A stretch of DNA of 62,256 bases, counting the filler, from Sphacelaria rigidula (Eukaryota): assembly GCA_964200075.2 (NCBI GenBank). It is 11 parts of 11 records of this genome, joined end to end, with 100 filler letters (N's around TTAATTAATTAA, not from the genome) between each part and the next. Parts side by side here need not be neighbours in the genome. Positions count along the whole stretch, not along the records: positions 1 to 5,569 come from CAXNAA020026251.1; positions 5,670 to 11,238 come from CAXNAA020026252.1; 9 more parts are not named here. One strand, 5' to 3'. Each line of letters opens with the position of its first letter. Position 1 is the first letter of the stretch. This document shows, in pieces, positions 1 through 10,450 of the stretch. A model generated the notes under the pieces. That model had not been told where the DNA came from. It made no database searches and was given only the letters and a program-made list of their open reading frames with translations. The position numbers and the translations under genes are program-made.

Positions 1-226
1 CCGCCCCGAAAGGGACGCGGGGTCAATGGTCAAACGACCAAGGCAAGAAAAAAATGAGTACCCCCCCCCCCCCCGCTTCCCGCAATCACAATCTATCCCT
101 CACTCATTCTGTTCATCTACATCTCGTTCTCTCGTCTCTCCCACGACGAATATATGACGGAACATGCTGCAACAACAACAACAACACCACACCTACACAC
201 GCAACGCACCAGAACCCATCACACAG

Positions 227-3200
227 CGCGAGGTCGCTGTTCGTCCTCCACTGCTCCAAGCTCTCCTGCGCCCTGGAGTACCAGCTCAACGGAGACGGCA
301 CGTGGCACCGCTGGGACGTAGCCGACACGGAGATGCTGCACAACGCCAGCCACCGCTCGCCTGCGCCCACGCCTGCGCCGCTGTCCACGCCGGCGGAGGG
401 TGGCTACTCGAGTACGCTGACTGGAGACGGCAGCGGTGAGGGGGGAGAGGGGGCGAGCTCTTCGGGTGGCTATATGGATGATGAAGGGGGGATCGAAAGT
501 GACCTTTATGGGGACTGGCTGGAGGGTGGCGATGACGGGGTGGACGTGGATCATGTCACGGTTGAGATCGTCGCGGAGCAGGTGAATTTATTATCTCGTC
601 GTCACTGTTGTTGTTACGCTTCGACTATCAGCAGAACCTTTGGTTATGTCTTTTATTTTGTTCTGTGCTGTGTAGTCGCCTGTTAGATGGGGAGGGCGGG
701 AGGGGGGAAGGGACGGGGGGCGGGGCGACCGGGACGGTTGGCGTTGTCAATTTCTGGCAGAGTGGTGGTTTGTTCGCAAGTCAAGTAACTTGTGAGTCAC
801 CCGGCATCCTTCTAGCGGCCAGATGATGTTGAAGTTCGTCATCAAAGTAGATCGTACCACAAATGAAGAAAAAAACTGCCGCTTAGCTCGTGTGTATTGT
901 TGTTGGTATGGTAGTCGATCGTTCGAACATTTGTACACTTTGAAAGTTTTCCCTGTGAGATGTTTATACCACCCCCGCGACCTGTGTACGGTGAAGTCCA
1001 TGAACCGGAATCATATATATATATACATATGTTGGATTCATGCAAAAAAGAGAAGAGTCCCCATGAAAAAGTTTGCGTACATTTATACAAATTCTATGTG
1101 TAGTGCCCGCCGTCGCCGATTTCTTGCGACTGTACACTTAGGTTCTGTTGATCATCACCCACTGTCACCATCAGGGTTGTGTCGCCAGTCTTACCCCTGC
1201 CTTGCTTGATTTTTCCCGCTTATCCACACACATGTGAACACGCACACACCTTGCCGCCACCCTCCCCCGTCCCCCGTCCCCCGTCCCCCATCTTGTGTTC
1301 AGTGAGTCACCACCCATCCCAAAAATCAACATGATGAGAAAAACTCAAAAGCTGTTTATCCTCGAGAGTGTGTCGCCTTCCCCGCTTCGACCTTCCGCTC
1401 CCCGTTTCCTCCGTCCCGGCTTCGTAGGGGTGCGAGATCAATGGTCTTATGACTAATGCAAAATAATGAGAACACTCCCTCTCTTCTCCCGAACCCTCTC
1501 CTGCGCAGGTCTCAAGGCACGAGCTTACCTTCCGCATGTATATCACCGTTCCAAATTCGGGGAACTACAGTCTCGACGCCCGGCCGGCATCCGCCAGCGT
1601 CGCCACGACCAACTCCGTGAGCGCCTCTAGCGCTTACATGTCCTCGCCGAGCCCCGCGACAAGCGATGGTAGTGCCGGTCGTCGCCGCCGCCGCGGTCGC
1701 CGATTGTCTAGTGATGATGATGGTAATGGCTCGGTGGGGGAAGGGTCGGTGTCGTTCGAGTGGGAGGTGGACCTGACGCGACCGGAGACGCACGTGCTGG
1801 GTCGACCGAAGCCTGTGACCACTGCCGGAGAGGCCGTGTTCAGGTTTGCTTGCACGGTGAGCGGGGAGGAACCTAGCGGCGGGTGCCTGTACGAGTACCA
1901 GATGTTTGAGGGGCCGGTGGCCGAGGTGGACTGGGAACGGCGCGAGTGGCTACCCACGGTAAGGCGCGTGAGAGAGGGAAGGGAGGACAGGAGGAGGAGC
2001 AGGAGGGACCATTTTTTTTTTTTCTCTTTTTTCGTAAAATATGCCTTTAGTATGCGAGTAGACTGACGGGGCGACTAGACCCGCAACTGACTTGGAGATT
2101 AATTAGTTTTTTGTTAGGGGAAGGGGAACGGTTCCAATTTTCGCCACCTATATTACTTATTGTTATTATTGGTGGTAGCAGTGATGTTTCTTTTGGAGCT
2201 ATGATAATATGATAAAACTGTAGAGCTCACGGTTCATGGAGGTTGACGCATGGTTGGGATGCTGACATTACAGAGGAGAATCATAACTATTTTGCCGATG
2301 GTTCCCCGGTTGCATCAAGCTCCTTGATCCGGTTTTCCCTCCGTTCCGGCTTTTGTAGGGATGTAGGGATGCGAGGTCATTAGTCTTCTCATCCCGGCAC
2401 GCAACATCATGAGTACCCCCCCTCCCCCCCCCTGTCCCTGTCCCTCATGCTGTTGATCGCGAGCCTGGTTCAGCAAAAACCCGGCGTGTTTCATCCCGGC
2501 TTTGTTGGGATGCGAGGTCAGTAGTCGTATAATTATGGCGTGCAATATCATGAGTACACCCCTTCTCATGTTGTCCCGTCCTTCCATGGTCTGCAGGCTG
2601 ACTCCGTTCGGCTGTACGAGATAGGAGAGGGTGTGACGATGGTTCGGGCACGGGCGAAGCTGGAGGATTCGGACGAGCTGTATGACCGTGCGCCGGCGGT
2701 GGTGACGTGGGTGCGCGACGCGACTCCGCCCGAGCTGAAGTGGACGTGGACTCCGGAGGAGGTGTGATTTTTTTACGAAAACAAGGAGTAACGTTTCGTC
2801 TATTGTCGTCGTCGTCGTCGTCGTCGTTGTACTTGATTTCACGACCTCAGAACCAGAGAACAGAGAGGCGTTGGTGCTGGCCTGTGTTGATGTGTTGTGT
2901 TTTCGCCTTTGCGTTTGCGTACACTTGTATATATAACGTTGTCTTGTCTTCAAACAAAGAAACATTCAACCTGATACCGAACCGAACTGAACCAAACCGA
3001 ACCTAGAACCAAACCAAACCGAACCAAATCGACCCGAACCAAGAATGACAGAATATGTTGACACATCTGAATGCGCTTTTCAAGACTCGAACCTTACCAA
3101 CGAATTAAACCTTTGGAAATCCTCCCCTCCCCTCCCCGGTCCAGACGCCTCATGATTTCAAGCGCTCACGAAGAACAAAATACGGGAAAAGAAAATACCG

Positions 3201-4536
3201 ACAACAACCATTTTTACGGCGGAAGGCCACAGAAGAATCCACCGACATACGTACGTCATGCTCGCACCAAAAATGTCGCCACAGAAGAATGCTCGGATTA
3301 GTTTCATCGAATGAGGGGGACGCAACGGATCAAGTACGTTCAACTTTATGCACACAGCTAAAACTAGCATCGCGATCTCTGAATTCCATACAACAAAAAT
3401 CAACACCACCTCCTGTATATTTTCTGTATATTTAGTCCCGTGTGGCACTTCGGCACACATTTACATTTATATAGGTGACGCACCCCAACGGAATATTGTT
3501 GTGCTGCAGTCCGGAGGTCGTACCCGCCCAACAGTTGGCAAGCGTGCTAAGCTACATCACAGGAACAAAGTAGTATGACCGAGCGCACAGAAATCCCCTT
3601 ACCATACGTGGAAGGATTGAGAGGCGATACAGTATTTACGCGATTCACCGCCGGTTGGAAGCAGTCGCGGGTCTGAAAAACACGCCTTGGGCATAACACT
3701 AGTCCTTGGAAGCTGCAAACAATCAATCATATGTCGTTAAAAAAACAGCACCTCGGAATCAGCACTTGTCCACTGCCAGTACCAAAAGGGTTAACAAACC
3801 GTATCAGGCCGAACCGAAGACCGACCACCGAACATCGACAAAAAGCAACGAACAACGTCTCGACTCACTCGGATTTACGAACACAGGAGCAACCCAACCA
3901 ACCATCCCAGAACGCCCCAAAGCGGTCCGAAGTGGTCCTACCCTTGAACCGAACCGAACTCAAGAAATGCACTCTCACTGGAGTATGACATACATACTGA
4001 AGTACGATACACTGGAGTACGATGTACTGGAGTATGATGCGCACATTGGAGTATGACACACTAACATGCCACCTCGGCCTTTCACCTCTCTCTTTTTGTG
4101 TGTCTCTGTCTGTTTCGTGACAGATATCCCATCGGTCGGACGCGCTGTTCGAGTTCGCGTGCTCCGGAGAGATGCCGCTGGCCGCCGCCGTCCTCACCGA
4201 AGACGAAGTAGAACTGTACATCGACAGCAGCAGCACCAGCAATGCGCCTTCCCCTTCCCCTTCTTCTCCTTCTCTTTCCCCTTTCTCTCCCTCTTCGCCA
4301 GAATCTTCTTCGTCTCCGTGGCTCTACGACTCCGCCGACACCTGGATATACGACTCCAAGGACAGGGAGGACGCCGCGGCCGCCGCCCTCGCCGCAACGT
4401 ACCCCACAGCATTCCCGAGAGTTTTGCCGAGCGGATGTGCATTTGAGGCTAGCCTCGATGGCGCTGGGTTCAAGCCCGTGCCGGATGCTGTGAGCTTGAC
4501 GGACTTGGCTAACGGGGAGCATAAGTTCGCCGTCAG
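227..4536 (+). CDS. Partial multi-exon gene for a protein of tandem bacterial-type Ig-like repeats; exons ~227-581, 1509-1958, 2597-2761, 4124-4536 (5' and 3' ends not found in this contig)
   Basis: cag/GT boundaries join in phase 0 (EQ|VSRH, PT|ADSV, EE|ISHR). The spliced protein repeats the module W-x-x-D-x-T-x-P-E...A-x-F-x-F-A-C...C-x-(Y/F)-E-x-x-L-(D/N)-G...G-x-H-x-F-x-V-R. The first acceptor (227) is the least certain boundary. Confidence 0.8.
3109..3790. mobile_element. Non-autonomous piggyBac-like element in an intron of the Ig-repeat gene
   Basis: Flanked by TTAA on both sides (3105-3108, 3791-3794); ends aCCTTT...AAAGGG; homologous along its length to 26767-27432 (opposite strand); flanked by CCGAA/ACCAA-type simple repeats. 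Confidence 0.75.
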
Positions 4537-4560
4537 GTTTGTGTTGACAGTGTTGGTCGC

Positions 4561-4629
<69 letters not shown>

Positions 4630-4640
4630 CGTTGTTGTTT
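4561..4640 (+). repeat. (GTT)n microsatellite
   Basis: About 25 tandem GTT units just after the 4537 splice donor. Confidence 0.97.
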
Positions 4641-5569
4641 GTTTAATCTCAGTTTATGTGATCGTTTTACCGAGCGTTTCCGTTTGATTACCTTGGGTAC
4701 GCCAAGGTTGTAACCGCGGCTGACTTCCTCGGAAATTATTTAGTGTGCAACAATCAATCAATCAATCAAATTGGGGCGGGGCGTTCATTTCTTTAATCTC
4801 GTACTTGACGCTTATCCAGTAAGGAGCGGGGCGGGGAATTTTCTGTACTTTTGGTTTGGGTTTGTGTGCGCTTTTACTTCTCTTCTCGGTTGCGTGGGTG
4901 TTTGGATCCCTCTCTGTCTCTGCCCCTCTCAACCTCTCCATCCCTCTTTCTCGGTCTTGTCTAAATACCCTTCACGTAACAAGCGTTCATCACCCAAGAC
5001 GATGGATTTATATATGTCGCCTACGAAAACAATATATATATATATATATATATATCACGTTACCGCCTAAGACCACAGAAACAGGATTGTAAGGCAACGC
5101 GTAAGTTTTGTCCATCCGGTGTTACTGTTCCGAGAAATGTGACTCAACCGTCTTTCATGTGTACCATGTATGTTCGTCCGCTGAGGTCAACACAATCCTC
5201 CCCTCCCCCCCTCCCCCCGCTTGGTTACGTATATATATAGAATGCGATGATGTACAGCGGATGGTAATGTTCAAGGGGGAAACATGTGTGAGCGTACCGT
5301 AGCGCGTATTCTCGCGTGTTGCCTGGGACTCGAGACTCCCAAAACGTTTTGGGCAGCATGTTTTCAGATCACAGAAGAAGTTCTCGGTCATACGATAAGA
5401 ATGTCCAACACGAACGGTACTCACGATGATGACTTGACACAGGCACAAGAATGAACTCCATCATTCGGTCGCACGTTTTTTTTTTTTTTTTTGAGTAGCC
5501 GAGATTTTCTTCACCGTCCGGGGAAGATCTTTTTTTTCTGTTGAACCGGAAACATTTCATGGAAAAACC

Positions 5570-5669
5570 NNNNNNNNNNNNNNNNNNNNNNNNNNNNNNN
5601 NNNNNNNNNNNNNTTAATTAATTAANNNNNNNNNNNNNNNNNNNNNNNNNNNNNNNNNNNNNNNNNNNN
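5570..5669. other. Artificial contig linker (N44-TTAATTAATTAA-N44); identical linkers at 11239-11338, 16908-17007, 22577-22676, 28246-28345, 33915-34014, 39584-39683, 45253-45352, 50921-51020, 56589-56688
   Basis: Identical 100-bp spacer with stop codons in all six frames, recurring every 5669/5668 bp; the intervening segments are 5569 or 5568 bp long. Confidence 0.98.
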
Positions 5670-7269
5670 TGGGTGGGGGGGGGGGTGGGGGGGGGGGGAA
5701 GTTCAAAGGGTCAGGGGGGGGGGGTGGGGGGGGGGGGGGTGGGGGGGTGGGCGGGAAAATCTGGAGAAGTCTGTAGAGGTGTCAGCACCGTTCGCTGTTA
5801 CTACATGACATTTACCGGTTTATAGGGTTTGTATTTCCCGCCGCTTCAGAACAAACCCGGCACCATTTTCCCCGCACTACAAGTGTTTTGTCCCGCCGCT
5901 TCAGCAAACACCCGGTGCCACTTCCTCCGCATCACTAGTGTTTTGGGGGTGACTGCAGCAGCGTCGGTGGTTGCGATGACGGGTTCACCCCGTTCGTTAC
6001 AGGGAGTAAATGCCCCGTATGTTACAGGCAATACGCCACTGCCCCCCCCCAGGTGTGCTACCAATCCCCAGCGATAGTTTTTCGGCCTTGATTTTCCCGA
6101 TGAACTTGAGATGTTCGGTAGTCAAGAAAAAAAAACATGTCGTTGTAAAGATTTGGTCTAGACCTGTGCATGAACGAGGTGTTTTGGCAGTGTAGGATCT
6201 TGCACGTGTGAGAGTATCCATGTATACTGAATATTACCAAGTGGGAATATCTCCCGCTGGTCTCCCATCATCTCCGACGAAGTCGTGTAGAGCATTCGAA
6301 AACATTTCAATTAGACCTTCGTTGAGTAGCTGGGCTGGTTCTCATCGAAGGAAACTATCATTTTTTCTGGGAAATTCCCTTTTGAAAGTGCGTTGCCCCC
6401 AAAACGACCAGTTTAAGTCTTACCGAGAAACAGTTTTAACCAGATCGAAGCCCCAGGTCTGTACACAGTGTCATAAATGTGCCGGTTCTGCAAGTGGTCG
6501 TTGGTTCAACATCTCTGTAATGCTACAGACAAGACGCAACAAGGCAACACAAGACCTCAACACCGAGCCCGGAGGGAACACGCACAGACACCCACCACTC
6601 TGGCGCATAAGTTCCAGCGCTGGTAGCCCTTGCCACTTTACACACGGCAGTCTTTGCTTGACGGAAATCTGTTCCGTATTGTATTGGAATAGCGACCGCG
6701 TGCGCGTCAAATTTCAACCGAAAACGTGTCGTTGCTGACCGCTTGTGTGCGTGCGCTGTGCGCACGTCTCACACAAATAATTGTTTCTCATTGAGTTCTG
6801 AAGAGATGTGAGCGAGGTCCCGCACAACGTGCTCAGCTGATGAGCAGCCACGGCTCGAGCTGTGGGTTTTTGGTTGTGCGGGGTACCAAGTTCCTGAGGT
6901 TCACCTCTGATTGTGTTGGATTGTGTGCATGTGCCGAGCCTTCGCATGTGCCCCTGTGGACGGAACATTTTTAGTTCCCGTTCGGGGTGTACCCGGATGT
7001 ACGCAAAATGCCCCTTGAAAAAGGGGAGCTGGGGGCATTTTTTTCGGGGGGGTAGTATCGCAGCGACGAATCAGCGGCCGTTTTTCCGGAGGAGGGTGTT
7101 CGCAAAGGAGACAATCTCCTTCGATAAGAACGCGCCTAACTAACTGCCTGTTGTTGTACTGTTGCACATCTATATTTTTGATTGGTGGTTTTCACTGCCA
7201 TCTCGAAACGCATGCTGCGTAGTGTGTGTGTGGGAGGTTTTTATGTGATACTCTCGTACAACTGCCGCC

Positions 7270-7603
7270 GCGCCCCAGTGCTCCAAATTAAAATGGTTTG
7301 ACTGTCACCACTAGGGTGGAGAGAACAAGGGTTCGAATCCTGATGCATTTTTTTTTCTTTCTTCAAGGTGCCTGATTTCCACCGTCGAAAGCAGTAGCAC
7401 GTGAGTAAACAAAAAGTAGTCGACTGAGTTAGTTTCGCGAGAGTTGACGGTGCGGGAGTGTTGGTCATGATCCAATACGCGAGACCAAAATTCAGGGCGT
7501 GTATCGGAAAGAGATGGGTTGATCCCTTGAGACCACGGACTCATCCCGAGGAAGGGAAGGGGGTTCAAAGTGCGACAAGACAAATAAAATGAATAAATAA
7601 ATA
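7270..7603 (+). mobile_element. tRNA-derived SINE-like element
   Basis: Pol III B-box GGTTCGAATCC at 7330-7340 and an A-rich (AAAT)n tail at ~7582-7603; the body segment TTGATCCCTTGAGACCACGGACTC recurs inverted at ~16200-16223. Confidence 0.6.
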
Positions 7604-7953
7604 ACTGCAGTCGATCGGTCGACGGCGGACCGCGGGTTGCTCGAGTTCGAACGACCAGAAAGTTATGACTCGCGTGTTCCCCCCACCATGCCCGACAAGG
7701 TCATGCACAACTGTGGCATGTTTATCAAAAATGCCTTCTTTATTCCGCTGTTGCAGTCGTCTGTTGTGGTAGTATTTTATCGCACATCGCTGATTTCGAT
7801 ACTTCTGTTATTGTCATGTCGAAATGTGTGCTGCGTAGTATGTCAGAGATTGTCTATGATCTCCTCATCCAGCTGTGATATCGGTAGATGCCGAACTTCG
7901 TGGCTTTCGACTTGCACGAGCTACGAAGGTGGAACTTACGTATCCCCGATTGT

Positions 7954-8310
7954 TAGAGCTCGGAAATGGTTTGTCTAACCATTAACCAGTGAAATGGTAC
8001 ATAATGGTTTGGTCATCGAGCGGCGCAGCCGCGAGCCAAAAAGCCCCCCCCCCCGACATAAGGGGGCCCGCAGTAGGCGCCGTGCCGGAGGCATGTTCTT
8101 ACGCGATTTGGCTACACTAGAGCTAAGAGATACGTTGAATTTGGGCCAATTTTCAAGGGCTTTGCGTAGCGTACATAGCCGGTAAAGGCTTGTAAAGCCG
8201 GTTAGGGTAAATAATGGTTTGACACCATCCAAAAATTTCATGTAACCATTACCGTTATTACCATTATGATGATAATGGCGAGTTGGAACTGGTACTATTT
8301 CCGAGCTTTA
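7954..8310. mobile_element. hAT-type MITE
   Basis: TIRs TAGAGCTCGGAAAT / ATTTCCGAGCTTTA; 8-bp TSD CCGATTGT (7946-7953) / CCGATTAT (8311-8318) with one mismatch; internal AACCATT/AATGGTT repeats. Confidence 0.75.
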
Positions 8311-8875
8311 CCGATTATTCTTCTCACAGTCATGTTGTAGGGTTCGTGGGGAAATTTTGACGAGGTATCCTTCATTCAGCAGTAAGCGCCTGCCGTCAAT
8401 GTTGTTGCCATCTCATCGCATCGGTGAGCTCAATACGATCCCTTATTATGATAATATCGAAACGTATGCTGCACACAATGTCGGAGATGATTCGTGAGAT
8501 CTTGGCTACCCAAACGACCAGCGCTATGTCAGTTCCAGTCCACCCGGCCTCGTCGCAACCGTGATGGATGCGTTCTTGTCAAGAAAGGACTTTAACTTTT
8601 GCGCAGCGTATCCTTCATCTGCGTCGGCACGCTGATAAAACCCCCCTTTCCCCTGCTCACTCGATTCTCGTCATCTCGGATGCGCTGTCTCTCTTTTCCT
8701 TTTTTTCTTTTCTTTTTCCTTGACTCTCCCTCTCGATGAGGATACAGGTGAACGTCACCCTTGAAAAAATGTGGTGACGACACTGCTTGTTCCGTCGTTT
8801 TTTTTCAACCTCGTTTGTACATACGCTGTGTGTAATCTTTAAATGCGATTTTTACAACAACAAAATATATCGCAG

Positions 8876-10010
8876 GTGAACGATGTGGTTTTGGTGGAGA
8901 AGATTTCTCGCGCTTCCGTGATAAGGCGGAACGATATCGTATTTTTCAACCCGCCGCCGGTGTTGCGCCAAGAAGTCGCGAACGCCGGGGGCACCCTCAA
9001 TTCCCGAGACCTCTTCGTGAAACGAGTTGCGGCCGTGCCCGGCGACACAGTCACAGTGGACAGCAAGGGAAGAGTGCAGGCGCGTTGTCTCCAGCTTTAA
9101 GAGGAAGGGAGGGGGGGGGGGGGGGGGGCCCCCGGGCGGGGGGGAGAAAAAGGGTTGGGGTTTTTGTGTGTTTTGAGGAGGGGGAAGGAGAAAATAANNN
9201 NNNNNNNGGTGTGGGGGGGTGGGTACGGGGTGAGGGGGGGGTCGTGGAGGGGTGTCTGGATGGAAGGGGGTGGGGTGTGGGGTGGGTGGACCACGGCCGT
9301 AGTGTGAAACAATGTTGTGGCATTTCGATGTTTTGATGAGATGGAGAAGATGAATTCAACATATGTCCAGGTAGCATGTGATAGTTTTTATGATGAACAT
9401 CTTCAGACGTGTTGACTGGACGCACGCGGGGGAGATAGTGCAGGGCGGGGTGATGATACTTTGAGATCAATCTACGCACAGCACTCGCTTTGGGGTCATG
9501 GCTCGTAAGGAGGAAGGAACGCAAGTCCTCTCCTTGGAACGTTTTTTATTTTCGGGCAGATTGCACGACCCCTCGCACCCGTCTTCCAACCAAAAACGTC
9601 TCTATTCACCGTTTGTGATGTGCACTGCTGCTACACATCTTCAGGTAGTAGACGGCAGCTTTCAGAAGCAAGAAAGGCCCCTATTTCTATCATCGACCTC
9701 TGCTGCTGCGAAGAGAACGCAAAACGGGGTCGAGGATAATATGGGCCCCACGAGTGGCACGGCAGAAGAAGTCGAAGAAGTATTGCCGGAGAGCGTTCTA
9801 CGGAGGATACGACCGACCGTAGGTGTGGGTGGTGCAGTTGGTGAGGCGGGCGGGGGAGAATTGGTGTCTCCGGGTCGTGTGTTTGTCTTGGGAGATAATC
9901 CGGCAGCATCCATGGATTCTCGGGTGTGGGGGCAGTTGGAGGAGCAACAGATTGTGGGGCACGCGCTGCTGCGACTATTCCCGTTCCAGGCTTTTGGCTT
10001 GTTACATTGA
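8876..10010 (+). CDS. Type I signal peptidase (S26; plastid/thylakoid-processing type likely), last two exons 8876-9079 and 9645-10010
   Basis: Shows D-x-V-L-V-E-K, the box C-like DIVFFNPP, box D FVKRVAAVPGD with the catalytic Lys, and box E VFVLGDNPAASMDSRVWG. Exons join in phase 0; stop TGA at 10008-10010. The box B (catalytic Ser) exon was not located. Confidence 0.88.
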
Positions 10011-10121
10011 CTTTTGCTTGCTTCATGCAAGATATTTACGTTAGGTGTAGAATAGGAACACCAGGCTTTCATCAACTGGGGCGAAGCCTACCCCGTCTCC
10101 CCCCCCCCCCTTTCCCCCCCG

Positions 10122-10450
10122 CCTCGGGTCTGGTCCCGCGAAAACCTGGCGTGAGATACCGATGAAGCAGTGTGGAACCCGTGGCTATCTCTGGAAGTGG
10201 CGATACCAGAGACTGAAGCAAGTCGTTGGAGGCTGTCATCCACATGCAAGATGATCAGTACGCTTCGGGTCGAACGATCCTGGCAGGATGCAGCTCACCC
10301 TTCATGCGACTCGACGAACACATCACGGTGCTCCGCGCTTGATGATTGCGAGCCTGGTCGGGCGAAAACCTGGCGTGCTCTGTCCCGACTTGGTAGGGAT
10401 GCGAGGTCAATGGTCTAGACACGACAGCATGCAGAAGCATGAGCACACCT
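10122..10450 (+). mobile_element. Retroposon 3'-end family B (5'-truncated copy); other copies at ~1412-1472, 2342-2420, 2455-2562, 28160-28185, 28346-28430, 42699-43000 (-), 51021-51090
   Basis: Shared 3' end GGCTTTGTAGGGATGCGAGGTCAATGGTCTT-x-GACT-x-GGCATGCA-x-GATCATGAGTAC(A)CCC with variable 5' extent; 10165-10450 aligns with the reverse complement of 42700-42990. Confidence 0.75.

Noticed and set aside
4537..4687. Poly-Val transmembrane tail of ORF 4172..4687
   Set aside because: Read-through into an intronic (GTT)n after the AG|GTTTGT donor
5670..8875. Upstream exon with signal peptidase box B (S-x-S-M-x-P-T)
   Set aside because: Not found by eye; it may lie outside this contig
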